Shown piece by piece: positions 32,845 to 43,366 of a stretch of 64,000 nucleotides of DNA. A model generated the notes under the pieces. It saw only the letters and a program-made list of their open reading frames with translations. It had not been told where the DNA came from and ran no database searches. The stretch spans positions 1,408,001-1,472,000 of the forward strand of contig CBDCJV010000002.1 in the NCBI GenBank assembly GCA_965217895.1. Reading direction: 5' to 3'. A program made the translations under genes and the position numbers. How positions within the stretch are numbered: position 1 is the first letter of the stretch; each line of letters starts with the position of its first letter. Origin of the DNA: Waterburya sp. Its GTDB lineage: Bacteria > Cyanobacteriota > Cyanobacteriia > Cyanobacteriales > Xenococcaceae.

Positions 32845-32959
32845 TATAGCAGTCGAAGCAAAAGTTAAAACGTTAAACAACTATCTCGCACAAAGCGGGG
32901 TCTTGAAAAAGGCACAGAGAGATCATAAAGATGTCCTAATCTAAAGCTCGATTGCTATA
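32845..32959. mobile_element. MITE with TATAGC termini
   Basis: TATAGCAGTCGA / TCGATTGCTATA terminal inverted repeats. Confidence 0.7.
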
Positions 32960-33121
32960 AGTGATAATTAATTAAACTCTTGTAGCATCTGGCAATTTTT
33001 TAATCCGTTTCGCTAAAGATCCAGAAAAAGCAATTATCTACGGCTTAATGAAAAAATTAATTTCTACTTTTAGTTTAGAGTTGAGTATCTCGGCGATCGC
33101 CTTCAATAGCTTTGATAGCAA

Positions 33122-33280
33122 TTATTTCTTGGCAATAATCCAGACTGCATGAATTATTCCAGGAAAATAACCTAGCAAAGTTAAAAGAACATTAATCCAA
33201 AAGTCTTTACCTAAACCAACCTGTAAAAAGACTCCTAGCGGTGGCAAGATAATAGCGATGAGGATGCGAATTAAATCCAT
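33122..33280 (-). CDS. YqaE/Pmp3 family small membrane protein (52 aa; absent from the ORF track)
   Basis: MDLIRILIAIILPPLGVFLQVGLGKDFWINVLLTLLGYFPGIIHAVWIIAKK; GGAG upstream. Confidence 0.93.
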   Translation of the reverse strand: MDLIRILIAIILPPLGVFLQVGLGKDFWINVLLTLLGYFPGIIHAVWIIAKK

Positions 33281-33423
33281 GTTGGTATCTCCATCAAAAT
33301 GATATTTATATCTTAACCATTAGCGGTAACTAAGTAGATAATCGAAATAAATCACTATACTTGACTTGAAGTTTGGCAGAGATATTTTACCGCTTCGTTA
33401 ATAGCTATATATTGAAAGCAAGA

Positions 33424-34665
33424 ATGAGAACATCAATTTCTACTTTATGTGTGGGATTAAGTATCAGCCTAATCGCCTCTTGGGGACAAATTGCCAATGC
33501 CAATCCCCTGCAGCCTGTGCCGTTGGATAAGCTCAAATTTGTTGGCTTAGATAGTAAATTAGGCAATACTGTTGATTCAGAAAAAAAAATTATTCATTGC
33601 TGGCAGACCAATCTTAACTGTCTTGCTAAACCCAAAACAAAGGAAAATATTGGTTCAAATCAATCTCAACGTCAGGCTTTAGTAGAGGCAGTAGATCACA
33701 GTCTTTATTATTTAAGTACTCCTAAAGCTGTTCAAAGCTATCGTCAGTATGCTAATACTACATTTAGTTTAGAGCATACAAAGCGATCGCTTTCTCGATT
33801 TAAAGAACTTTTATTAACTACCGAATCTCCCGCAGCTTTAGAAAAGGCAGTCAAGCAGGAATTTACTTTTTATCAATCTGTAGGCAACGATCGCCTTGGT
33901 AAGGTTGACTTTACAGGCTACTTTGAACCTACCTATACTGCCAGCCGAATTCGTACTGCTGAGTATCGCTACCCTCTATACCGTCAGCCTGCTAGTTTTA
34001 AGAGTTGGTCAACCCCTCATCCTACCCGCGCCCAGCTAGAGGGAAAAGACGGTTTAGGCAGCAGCAAAAGCGTTTTAAAGGGTCAAGAGCTAGTGTGGTT
34101 GAGCGATCGCCTAGAGGCTTTTTTAGTTCAGGTACAGGGATCTGCTAGGCTCAAAATGACCGATGGTACAACTATGAGCGTTGGTTACGACGGCACAACC
34201 AATTATCCCTACGTGAGTGTAGGTGGAGAATTAGTTAAAGATGGAGTGTTTGATAAGGACGAATTAAGCCTGCCCAAGCTACTAGATTATTTTACTGCTA
34301 ACCCCAGTCAGCTAGATGAATATCTACCTCGTAATAATCGCTTTGTCTTCTTTAAAGAAACCGATGGCAAACCGCCTACTGGTAGTTTAGGTGTTCCCGT
34401 TACAGGCGATCGCTCTATTGCTACAGACAAATCGATTATGCCTCCAGGAGCATTGGCTTTGATTGTTGCGCCCATTCCCGATCTAGATACGGGCAAGATT
34501 GATACTAGGGTAGTCAGTCGCTATGTACTGGATCAAGATACGGGTAGTGCGATTAAAGGTGCGGGCAGAGTCGATATTTTCTTGGGTAGTGGTGAAGTTG
34601 CCGGCAAAAGAGCAGGATTGTTAAATGGAAGCGGTAGTCTGTTTTATTTACTGCTAAAAGAATAG
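33424..34665 (+). CDS. mltA: Murein transglycosylase A
   Basis: FTGYFEP, VQVQGSARL, QDTGSAIKGAGRVDIFLG; ATG 33424 preferred over TTG 33373. Confidence 0.92.
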   Translation: MRTSISTLCVGLSISLIASWGQIANANPLQPVPLDKLKFVGLDSKLGNTVDSEKKIIHCWQTNLNCLAKPKTKENIGSNQSQRQALVEAVDHSLYYLSTPKAVQSYRQYANTTFSLEHTKRSLSRFKELLLTTESPAALEKAVKQEFTFYQSVGNDRLGKVDFTGYFEPTYTASRIRTAEYRYPLYRQPASFKSWSTPHPTRAQLEGKDGLGSSKSVLKGQELVWLSDRLEAFLVQVQGSARLKMTDGTTMSVGYDGTTNYPYVSVGGELVKDGVFDKDELSLPKLLDYFTANPSQLDEYLPRNNRFVFFKETDGKPPTGSLGVPVTGDRSIATDKSIMPPGALALIVAPIPDLDTGKIDTRVVSRYVLDQDTGSAIKGAGRVDIFLGSGEVAGKRAGLLNGSGSLFYLLLKE

Positions 34666-34741
34666 GCTTTTTGTCAAGTCCACCCCTACAAGACGATAAA
34701 GATAGTTATTAATAAATAAATAGCAAGCAATTAATTAAACC

Positions 34742-35608
34742 ATGTCTATTACAAGCTACGGGGAACATCGTTTCATTAAAACTAACGGCATCCAACTACA
34801 CTATGTCAACAAAGGAGAAGGAAAGCTGATGCTGATGCTCCATGGATTTCCTGAATTTTGGTATTCGTGGCGACATCAAATTACAGAATTTGCCCAGGAC
34901 TATCATACCGTTGCCGTTGACCTGCGGGGTTACAACGATAGCGACAAACCAGAGAAATTAGAGGCTTATGAAATGTCTGAGTTGATAGAAGACGTTAAAG
35001 GCATTATCAGCGGTTTGGGCTATGAAGATTGTATTTTAGTTGCCCATGATTGGGGTGGAGCGATCGCCTGGAATTTTGCCTATGCTTATCCTGAGATGAT
35101 CGAAAAGCTAATTGTTCTTAATATTCCTCACCCAGCTAAATTCGCCTCTGGTTTGCAAACTCCTCAACAGCTACTCAAAAGCTGGTATGTTTTCTGGTTT
35201 CAAATACCTTGGCTACCAGAATTTATTTTACAGTTAAATGACTATCAGGCGATCGCTGATACATTTACTAAGATGGCGATCGATAAAACAGCCTTTAGTC
35301 TAGCAGATCTTCAGGCCTATAAAGACGCTGCTGCTAAACCTGGCGCACTCACCGCCATGATTAACTATTATCGCTGTATTTTTCAATCTTTGTTTAAAAA
35401 AGACCGCCCTCAATGGCGAGTTTTAGACGTTCCTACTTTAACCATTTGGGGCGAGAATGATACTGCATTAGGGAAAGAATTAACCTATGGCACAGAAGCC
35501 TATGTCAGAGATTGGCAGATTAAATATATTCCTAACTGTAGTCATTGGGTGCAACAAGAACAACCAGGGTTAGTTAATAGCTATATACGCGAATTTTTGA
35601 ATAGTTAA
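34742..35608 (+). CDS. Alpha/beta hydrolase, epoxide hydrolase-like
   Basis: HGFPE, AHDWGG, SHWVQQE. Confidence 0.92.
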   Translation: MSITSYGEHRFIKTNGIQLHYVNKGEGKLMLMLHGFPEFWYSWRHQITEFAQDYHTVAVDLRGYNDSDKPEKLEAYEMSELIEDVKGIISGLGYEDCILVAHDWGGAIAWNFAYAYPEMIEKLIVLNIPHPAKFASGLQTPQQLLKSWYVFWFQIPWLPEFILQLNDYQAIADTFTKMAIDKTAFSLADLQAYKDAAAKPGALTAMINYYRCIFQSLFKKDRPQWRVLDVPTLTIWGENDTALGKELTYGTEAYVRDWQIKYIPNCSHWVQQEQPGLVNSYIREFLNS

Positions 35609-35658
35609 AGTAAAGTTTGTCTGGGGCAAACAATTGTTTGTCCTGATTTATATTTACA

Positions 35659-36432
35659 CTAGTTATCAAAGTTACCTTCCCCTAAAAATTCTCGAATTTC
35701 CTTATCTCGCAATAAACAACTATTACTGATTTGAGAACAGTTTTCAAGTTCGTTAGCTTCAGACAATACCGCTGCAACCAAAGATTTACTTTCAGATTCC
35801 GACTTTCTTAGCTGCTTTACTTGTTGTTCTAAAGATTCAATGCGATCGACTAGAGTACGTATAACTGCTGCTTCAGAATCTGGTAAATTTCCATGTTCTA
35901 GAGGATCTACCTTGACCCCAGAGCGATAGACTATTCGTCCTGGAATACCAACTACGGTGCAGTTAGAGGGAACATCTTGTAGAACTACCGAACCCGCGCC
36001 GATACGGACGTTATTGCCAACTTGAATGTTACCTAATACTTTTGCGCCACCACCCACCACGACATTTTCTCCCAAAGTAGGGTGACGTTTGCCTAATTCT
36101 TTACCTGTTCCTCCTAGAGTGACCCCTTGATAAATCAAAGAGTAATCACCAACAATCGCCGTTTCCCCAATCACAACTCCCATGCCGTGGTCAATAAAAA
36201 CTCCTTTACCAATTTGCGCCCCTGGATGAATCTCTATCCCCGTTAAAAAGCGAGCAAGATGAGAAATAAACCGAGGCAAGAAAGGAATGCCAATTTTACA
36301 TAACCAATGAGCAAAGCGATGGAAAAAAAGAGCTTGTAAACCTGGATAACATACTAAAACCTCAAGCCAATTGCGGGCTGCGGGGTCGCGTTCAAATATG
36401 ATGCGAAAGTCAGCAATTAGTGAGGCAAGCAT
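35659..36432 (-). CDS. cysE: Serine O-acetyltransferase
   Basis: [27 protein letters not shown]. Confidence 0.96.
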   Translation of the reverse strand: MLASLIADFRIIFERDPAARNWLEVLVCYPGLQALFFHRFAHWLCKIGIPFLPRFISHLARFLTGIEIHPGAQIGKGVFIDHGMGVVIGETAIVGDYSLIYQGVTLGGTGKELGKRHPTLGENVVVGGGAKVLGNIQVGNNVRIGAGSVVLQDVPSNCTVVGIPGRIVYRSGVKVDPLEHGNLPDSEAAVIRTLVDRIESLEQQVKQLRKSESESKSLVAAVLSEANELENCSQISNSCLLRDKEIREFLGEGNFDN

Positions 36433-36645
36433 CAGGTATCGTCCTTATATTGACTAAATGTTTGATAGTAACCAGACTATTTTATCGTTTTCGAGCCATT
36501 TGTGAACTCTATAAATGGTCGTAAAAACCACCTTACAATAATGAGTAATCAGTCTACAGTCCAAAAGCCATAAAGTTAACCTGAGTTCGGGATAAGCTAA
36601 ATCCTGTCACCAACCACAGCAGTTAGACTAAATGCGTAACGTCAG

Positions 36646-37812
36646 TTAATAGGTTCGACCACGCCATTTTGTCGGCTTTTTTAAGGAAGATAAAAATATC
36701 CGCACTACAGCAAAGGGATCGGCAAAAGGAGATAGCCAAAAGAAGAAAGACGAACCAGAATAGGAAGGTGCGATCGCCATCGACATTCCCCAGCGCATTA
36801 AAACTAAGAAAGCGTTCATGCTAAGTAAGGCAATAACAACGGGATAATTAATGCCTGAGCTTAGAAGATATAAGCTCAGAAATAGCATTGGTAAAGGTAA
36901 AGCCTGTACAAAGAAGAGAAACAACACATCACCCCATATCTGAGCATTTGAGGCCGCGTCTTTGAGGTCGAGCGATCGCCCCCATTCATTCCAGGTTTCT
37001 TTTGCACCTTCGTACATCTTGACCTTAATCACTTTTGAGCCATCAAAAAAGCCTACTTTATAACCCGCAGCAGCAATATTTCTGGCTAAGGTCACATCAT
37101 CACAAAAAGAGCCAGCAGCAGTTGTATAGCCATCTAGTTTTGCTAAAACTGAACGACGACATAAAAAACACTGTCCATTTGCCATGACTCTACTAGAGCT
37201 AGCTGCATCTACTCCAGCAGAATCAAAGCGATACAACAAAGTCATTAGTAAGGCAGGCTGTAATAACCATTCTCCCCTGTATTGCAGCACAAATTGCGGT
37301 GCTAAAGATACCATATCGTAGCCTTCAGCTTCAGCAACATTAAGCAAGCTAGGGATTAAACCAGGTTGAGGTTGAGTATCTGCATCTATGCCTAAAAACC
37401 ATTCACTGTGGCGCGAAGTGTGTAAATAGCCTGTGTGTAAAGCCCAAGGACGACCTACCCAGCCAGTCGGTAAAGGATGGTCAGTAATTAGCCGAAATCG
37501 AGGATCGTTTTTCCCTTCTGCTTTAACTAGATCCTGAGTGCCATCCTGGGAATTGCTATCAACTACAATGATTTCTCGAAGTTCATAAGTTTGGAGAGTC
37601 AAACCTTCCAAACAAGGAGTAATGCGTTCGGCTTCATTGAGCGTAGGCACAACAACGCTTACTTTACCGATTAGGTTAGAGTTAGCCAACTGAGGTAGTA
37701 AAGGCGAGCGCCTTCTGGCACCCTTGAATAAGCGAGATAATAAAATTGTCGTGCCTACTATTTGAGATAATAAAGTTACAAAGATCAATATATACAAAAG
37801 CTCAGAATCCAC
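36646..37812 (-). CDS. cruG: Carotenoid 2'-O-glycosyltransferase (GT2)
   Basis: GWVGRPWAL, IDAD, MANGQC, WGRSLDLKDA; downstream of cruF. Confidence 0.9.
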   Translation of the reverse strand: MDSELLYILIFVTLLSQIVGTTILLSRLFKGARRRSPLLPQLANSNLIGKVSVVVPTLNEAERITPCLEGLTLQTYELREIIVVDSNSQDGTQDLVKAEGKNDPRFRLITDHPLPTGWVGRPWALHTGYLHTSRHSEWFLGIDADTQPQPGLIPSLLNVAEAEGYDMVSLAPQFVLQYRGEWLLQPALLMTLLYRFDSAGVDAASSSRVMANGQCFLCRRSVLAKLDGYTTAAGSFCDDVTLARNIAAAGYKVGFFDGSKVIKVKMYEGAKETWNEWGRSLDLKDAASNAQIWGDVLFLFFVQALPLPMLFLSLYLLSSGINYPVVIALLSMNAFLVLMRWGMSMAIAPSYSGSSFFFWLSPFADPFAVVRIFLSSLKKPTKWRGRTY

Positions 37813-37839
37813 TCGTTACCTACTCGTTGACATTGGTTA

Positions 37840-38025
37840 TTGATGTTACGCATTTATCGATCTGTGAAGACTGGGTAGTAGGGTAATTGGGGTAGTGGGG
37901 TGTTTGGGGTAATGAGGTATTTGTGGTGGTGATGTGTTTGAGGTAATTACTCCTCTATCGACCCCTCCCCTACTCCTCTATACTTCTTGCTCACCACTCC
38001 ATGACCCCATGCTGCGTAATATCAG
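37840..38025. mobile_element. MITE between cruF and cruG
   Basis: Ends TGATGTTACGCA / TGCGTAATATCAG; G-rich then C-rich interior; related ends at 10482 and 36629-36645. Confidence 0.75.
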
Positions 38026-38910
38026 TTAGTTATTAGTTGCTAGTGCATTGTCGGCAGAAACTGCCGAGGGGTTGGTTGCTATCCCATATAAAATCATCAG
38101 AGGCAAGATACCCAAGACAAACCCTAGTAGTACGGGTACATAAAATCCTGCGGCCAAACTCAAAACCGCGGCAAAAGTGAAATTGGCTAAGTAAATTGCC
38201 AGAGGCAACTTGAGATCGTTGTAGGGCAAAGTAAAAGGTTTTACTCTCCAAAGCAAGGTAGCCACCGTCATAAAAATAATTCCTGTACCCATCCAGCCTG
38301 CAAAGTTCTGATAGGGCATCCCAAAAAATGCCCCTGGTTGATCCCATACCCAAAAAGGAATTGGTGCTTGACTCATGGCAGGATCGAGGACAAAATCCCA
38401 GGAGGTAAGGCATAAGGCACCGCAAATAATTGCTCCCAACTGGCAGATCCAGTTTTTAATATTTAATCTGCTTAAACCAGCTAAGGCAATAATGTAAGCA
38501 CTAAAACCCAAATAAAACCAAGACAAGGGAATGGTAAACGGCACCAACCCCGCAATTTTATAGCCTAAACCGCTAAGATAACGATATTCGCCAAAAGGAA
38601 AGCCTGTACTAGTACCTAAAAGCTCGCTGCCTAATGATAAAGCGATCGCCGGAATCATAAAGCTTAACCAATGCCAGACTCCCAAAGTGCGATAAGCATA
38701 AAGAGCAACGGCAGCCGTAGCAAGCACCATATAGGCTACACCGCCACCAGCCATAGACCAGCCAAAAATTGTCAGACCCCATTCAAACTCGCCTAACTTT
38801 GCCAAAAAATCAGGATTGGGCAACACTAAAATAATTCCTGCCAAACCAAAAGCCATCGCCAAAATATGACTAACTAATAAATAATTTTCGGTACTGGATA
38901 CTCGCTTCAT
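38026..38910 (-). CDS. cruF: Carotenoid 1'-hydroxylase/hydratase
   Basis: ELLGTSTGFPFG.Y.Y, WDFVLDPAM, GMPYQNFAGW. Confidence 0.9.
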   Translation of the reverse strand: MKRVSSTENYLLVSHILAMAFGLAGIILVLPNPDFLAKLGEFEWGLTIFGWSMAGGGVAYMVLATAAVALYAYRTLGVWHWLSFMIPAIALSLGSELLGTSTGFPFGEYRYLSGLGYKIAGLVPFTIPLSWFYLGFSAYIIALAGLSRLNIKNWICQLGAIICGALCLTSWDFVLDPAMSQAPIPFWVWDQPGAFFGMPYQNFAGWMGTGIIFMTVATLLWRVKPFTLPYNDLKLPLAIYLANFTFAAVLSLAAGFYVPVLLGFVLGILPLMILYGIATNPSAVSADNALATNN

Positions 38911-39167
38911 AGGTGAAAAAATTGTTTTATAAAAATTAACTTCCTCAATTAGTCTACAAATATCTAAAAAAGAATGTAGGGTAACGACGGCAAATCATGC
39001 TTAATTAACGCTAATTTTAGGTTAAGACAATTTTTATTAAAGGGTTGATGTAGCTAAAAACATCAACCGACTAATAGTATTAACCCGAACTCAGGTTAAG
39101 TACAACTTTTTTTGTTAATCTTTAGTTTTAGAGAAATTAAATTCTTTTTAATCTAAAGTTAACTTAA

Positions 39168-40469
39168 ATGAAAAACGCTGTCATATTTGAACAAAAGCTG
39201 GCTTCTGTGGCAGAAAATTCCGAAGAACCTGCATTTTTAACCAAAGATACCTTATTTTGGCTGCAAAACGGTCAAAAGCAACAGTTGGCTCTTCAAGACG
39301 TGGTGGGTGTTTCTTTAGTTGAGCAAGAACAAATAGATTTTCCCTGTATATTAGTTCATGCCTATCCTTTAGCTAAAAGACAGCCAAGAGTATTGCGTGA
39401 ATACTGTTTTGCTTGTCCAAATTTGAAAGTGCGATCGCAATGGCACAGGGCAATTATTAATACACTAAGAGGAAAGCCTGTCGATGCCATCCTTAAACCC
39501 CGACATTTACAGGTTGTTATTAACCCCAGCAGCGGTAAGAACAAAGCGACTCAGATATTTGAGCAGGTACGTCCTCTTTTTGACAAGAGCAATCTAGAAT
39601 ATACCGTTACCAAAACCCGTAGTGCAGCAGATACCAAAAACTTAGTTCACAACCTAAACTTGTCAAATACAGACGGACTAGTTATTGTCGGAGGAGACGG
39701 CACAATTCATGATGCGATCGCAGGTTTGATGAGTCGTTCAGATTGGGAAACGGCAATTAAACTGCCTTTAGGCATCATTCCTGGAGGCACGGGCAATGGC
39801 TTTTGTAAAACTCTATTGGAATTATCTCAAGAAGCTTACCATCCCTTAAACGCTGCTTTTTTAATTGCTAAAGGTAGGCAGCAAAGCTTCGATCTGGCTA
39901 CAGTCAAGCAAAATGGCAAAGAATACTATAGCTTTCTGTCTCTAGCCTGGGGTTTGATTAGCGATGCTGATATTGAGTCGGAAAAGCTGAAGTTTTTAGG
40001 ATCTCTAAGGTTTGATGTATATGCCTTGATACTGATTGATTTATTACGCACCTATAAAGGTAGATTTTCCTTTATTCCCCATCCAGAATGTAATATTCCC
40101 GCCAACAAAAATATCTCTAGCCAAGGAGAATGGCGCGTAATTGAAGCTGATTTTATTTTTCTTTGGGCAATGAATGTGCCTTGGGCAGCCGAGGATATGA
40201 ACGTTACTCCCCATGCCCAGTTAAACGACGGGGCGATGGACGTGCTAATTATGCGACAAGGAACATCCCGCCTGGAATTACTCAAAGCCTTGTTGCGCTG
40301 CGGTAAAGGTCAACATTTAAATTTACCCCATATGGAATACTACAAGGTTAGTGCTTTTCGGCTTGAGCCTTTAACTGACAAAGGTATCTTAGTAGTGGAT
40401 GGTGAAGTTGTAGACTACTCACCCATAGAAATGAAGATTGTTTCTAATTTAGCATACGTTAATTGTTGA
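39168..40469 (+). CDS. Sphingosine kinase-like (DAGK family) lipid kinase with N-terminal extension
   Basis: INPSSG, GGDGTIHD, IPGGTGNG, WGLISDADIESE, VDGE. Confidence 0.88.
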   Translation: MKNAVIFEQKLASVAENSEEPAFLTKDTLFWLQNGQKQQLALQDVVGVSLVEQEQIDFPCILVHAYPLAKRQPRVLREYCFACPNLKVRSQWHRAIINTLRGKPVDAILKPRHLQVVINPSSGKNKATQIFEQVRPLFDKSNLEYTVTKTRSAADTKNLVHNLNLSNTDGLVIVGGDGTIHDAIAGLMSRSDWETAIKLPLGIIPGGTGNGFCKTLLELSQEAYHPLNAAFLIAKGRQQSFDLATVKQNGKEYYSFLSLAWGLISDADIESEKLKFLGSLRFDVYALILIDLLRTYKGRFSFIPHPECNIPANKNISSQGEWRVIEADFIFLWAMNVPWAAEDMNVTPHAQLNDGAMDVLIMRQGTSRLELLKALLRCGKGQHLNLPHMEYYKVSAFRLEPLTDKGILVVDGEVVDYSPIEMKIVSNLAYVNC

Positions 40470-40487
40470 ACTACATTAAAGTTAAAA

Positions 40488-40587
40488 TAGACTTCTTGCG
40501 CAAATCGTCATTAACTACCTTACTAAGAGGTAAAAGGGGAAAGGGGAAAGGGAAAAGTATTAATCTATTATTCATGCAAGAGGTCTA
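40488..40587. mobile_element. MITE with TAGAC(C/T)TCTTGC termini
   Basis: TAGACTTCTTGC / GCAAGAGGTCTA; interior AAAGGGG repeats. Confidence 0.7.
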
Positions 40588-40701
40588 ATAAAGGCGATCG
40601 CTTACAAAAATTAGAAAAACTCTTGCTCTATAAGTTGCCTTGCTACACCTGGCAAAAAAAGTATTGATTTATTAATCTGCCTCAAAAATAATGAATAACT
40701 A

Positions 40702-42126
40702 ATGAATAATTCAACTGCTCCCACTGTCATTGTCGGCGGAGGCTTCGTCGGACTCTTTACGGCTTTACATTTGAGTCATCGTCGTTACTCTGAGCCGATA
40801 GTTCTGATCGATTCTCAAGAACGCTTTGTTTTTAAACCTTTGCTGTATGAGTATCTAACGGGAGAGATGCAGGACGGACAAGTCTTGCCTCGCTACGAAG
40901 AATTATTAGCAGGTAGTAAAGTCGCTTTCATTCAAGACAAGGTTACTAATATCGATCTAGAGCAGCGTCGAGTAGGATTAGCTTCAGGATTGCATTATGA
41001 CTACCGTTATCTCGTCTTAGGGATAGGCAGTACTCAAGGTTATTTTGATACTAAGGGAGCAAAAGAAAATGCTTTTCCCTTTCGGACACAGGAAGATGCA
41101 ATTAAGTTAGAGAGACATTTAAGGGAGTGTTTACAAAGAGCTTGCCAAACCGAAGATCCTCAAGAGCGTTGGAGCTTATTAACTTTTGCCGTAGTAGGGG
41201 CAGGCCCTTCAGGGGTAGAAATGGCAGCAACCTTAGCTGACCTGTTGCCCATTTGGTATGCTAAATTGGGGGGCAATATTCAAGACATCCGTATTTTTAT
41301 AGTCAATCACGGAGCAGAAATTTTATCAGGTGATGTTAACCTTCGTCTGCAAGAAACCGCTCTCAAAGCTTTGAAAAGCCGTACTGTGCCAGTTGAATTA
41401 ATGCTGGGGGTAAAAGTCACCGCGGTAAATTCGATAGGTTTATATTATCAGGCAAAAGACCAAGACGAAGTAGAAACACTAGTAGCTAAAACTACAGTTT
41501 GGACGGCAGGTACGGCGAATAATCCTCTAATTGAATCTTTAACGCCGATCAAAGCCGAAAACAAAGATAAGCATGGTTCTCCTTTGGTAACTCCTACTTT
41601 ACAGTTACCAGATTTTCCTGAAGTATTTGCAGCAGGAGACTGTGCGATAGTTAAAGAACATCCGTTTCCTCCTGTAGCTCAAATTGCCTATCAGCAGGGC
41701 GAGGGAATTGCGCGTAATATTATGGCGATGTCTCAAGGTGAAGAACCTCATCCAGTCAATGCCACCATGCGAGGAACGCTGATGAAGTTGGGACTCGATA
41801 ACGGAGTTGCCAACCTATTTGACAAAATGCAGGTCACAGGCAAGCCAGGAGATTTGATTCGCAACGGGACTTATTTAGAAATGCTGCCTACTCCCGTGCA
41901 TAACTTCAAAACAACTACAAGTTGGCTCACTGACGAAATCTTTCATCGTCACCATTCACCAAAACCAATTGTGACCCCTAGAAAATCTCAGCTACAGCGA
42001 GCTACAGCTTGGATTGGCGGATCGATTGCCGCGATCGCCGTAATCACTGGTTCAATAGCAGTATGGCAAATAACTCAGCCTCCGTCTCAGCAACAGTTCA
42101 CTCAAAAGCAAAATATAATCAATTGA
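40702..42126 (+). CDS. Type II NAD(P)H dehydrogenase-like FAD oxidoreductase with C-terminal TM anchor
   Basis: GGGFVG, FKPLLYE, GAGPSGVE, FAAGD, AQIAYQQ. Confidence 0.9.
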   Translation: MNNSTAPTVIVGGGFVGLFTALHLSHRRYSEPIVLIDSQERFVFKPLLYEYLTGEMQDGQVLPRYEELLAGSKVAFIQDKVTNIDLEQRRVGLASGLHYDYRYLVLGIGSTQGYFDTKGAKENAFPFRTQEDAIKLERHLRECLQRACQTEDPQERWSLLTFAVVGAGPSGVEMAATLADLLPIWYAKLGGNIQDIRIFIVNHGAEILSGDVNLRLQETALKALKSRTVPVELMLGVKVTAVNSIGLYYQAKDQDEVETLVAKTTVWTAGTANNPLIESLTPIKAENKDKHGSPLVTPTLQLPDFPEVFAAGDCAIVKEHPFPPVAQIAYQQGEGIARNIMAMSQGEEPHPVNATMRGTLMKLGLDNGVANLFDKMQVTGKPGDLIRNGTYLEMLPTPVHNFKTTTSWLTDEIFHRHHSPKPIVTPRKSQLQRATAWIGGSIAAIAVITGSIAVWQITQPPSQQQFTQKQNIIN

Positions 42127-42204
42127 CTAAAATAACGTCTTTTCAATTACAATCACAATTGGCGATCGCTCAAATAGAACAGCCCCAACGATCGCCACAA
42201 GATT
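42031..42204 (+). repeat. About 174-bp direct repeat, copy 1 (copy 2 at 43367-43539)
   Basis: Colinear diverged duplicates, both starting at GCGATCGC. Confidence 0.92.
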
Positions 42205-42209
42205 TTTTC

Positions 42210-42436
42210 ACGTTAGCACCATAAATTTTGTCTGTTCGATCATTCTTTACAATGCTCCTTTTCGCGCTTCTTGTAATAACTCGGTGTAGCTTTTTAATTT
42301 TCTACCAACAAGATTGTTGAAGCTAGCCATAATATCTTTACCAACGTGCTTAGCGCAAATAGTACTATTCTGCACTAACCCAAAATGTTTAATGATTTCT
42401 TTTCCAGTTACTCCTTCTAGAGTAGTGATAATCATG
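42210..42436 (-). pseudogene. YbjQ/UPF0145 family fragment
   Basis: MIITTLEGVTGKEI..AKHVGKDIMA..LKSYTELLQEAR, then a stop; C-terminal part missing. Confidence 0.8.
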
Positions 42437-42616
42437 CCACTATTCTTAGATAAACCCTGACAAGAAGACGTTGATGTCACGATTATATTAATATCTGCTT
42501 ATATTTTTGAGCGATTTTATCTTATAGAGTTCCCTAAAATAAGTAAATAATTAATAGTATGGGAAAAGAACAATCCGATGAATTGCACTTTTCCCTATAG
42601 TCATCAAAACAGTTAG

Positions 42617-43221
42617 CTATAAAACATCACAATCTGGGTCAAAGCTAGTCTGAGTATTGATAGTACTAGGTATTACTTGGTTTTGAATTACAACCTGACT
42701 AGGATCGGATGTGGTTGTAATTGTGTCAAGTGTAGTTGTTGTTGTGCTTTCGCTACCTGTACCAAATACGCCCAGCCACAATCCATCGGCATATTCGACA
42801 TCGACTAAATCATATCCTTCGTCCCATCGACCTTGAATTGCCCATGTAAATTCATCAATGCCACCGCCAGTTGAGTAAGCACTGAAGCCAGGATTATCGC
42901 CAAAAGTTCCAAACCACAATCCATCGGCATATTCGACATCGACTAAATCATATCCTTCGTCCCATCGACCTTGAATTGCCCATGTAAATTCATCAATGCT
43001 ACCGCCACTCACCGCCCTAAAAGGAACAGTGATTCTAGGGATTAGGGATTGGGAATTAGGGATTAGGGATTAGGGATTAATAAGGCGCGTTTTTTGTGTG
43101 AAGATTCATACAAAAAAGCCGCCGTCGGCTACGTAGAAATTTCCGTACCCAGTCCCCCAGCCCCAATCGTCATAAATGACGGGGCTTTAAACCCATTTAT
43201 TAAATGGTAAGAAGATGTCAT
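42617..43221 (-). pseudogene. Tandem-repeat protein (2 x 46-aa units), start separated by an IS605-type insert
   Basis: ATG 43221 (MTSSY), insert, then GGSIDEFTWAIQGRWDEGYDLVDVEYADGLW; 86 nt identical at a 138-bp period. Confidence 0.72.
43008..43206 (-). mobile_element. Non-autonomous IS200/IS605-type mini-element
   Basis: TTAC|catttaataaatgggtttaaagccccgtcatttatgacg...gaatcactgttccttttagggcggtgag; GGGATTA heptamer array inside. Confidence 0.8.
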
Positions 43222-43366
43222 TATTATGTTTGATAATTTGTATTATATTATAAGTGTCAGGTTACAAAATCATATAGTTTTAGCAATTTAACAATTTAAG
43301 TTTTAAATCATATTATCGATAGTTGTTGATAGATCGCGATCGCTAATAAAGCTTTTGTAGAGTATA

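Noticed and set aside
36576..39099. Perfect 16-bp inverted pair TTAACCTGAGTTCGGG / CCCGAACTCAGGTTAA bracketing cruFG, suggesting a composite element
   Set aside because: Flanking trimers (TTA versus TAA) do not form a direct duplication and similar ends are scattered elsewhere; more likely independent MITE remnants
42776..42999. Identical 86-nt repeats as a possible DGR template/variable pair
   Set aside because: No adenine-specific mismatches and no reverse transcriptase in the window
43038..43079. GGGATTA tandem array resembling telomere or CRISPR repeats
   Set aside because: No spacers; a typical cyanobacterial short tandem heptamer inside a mini-element
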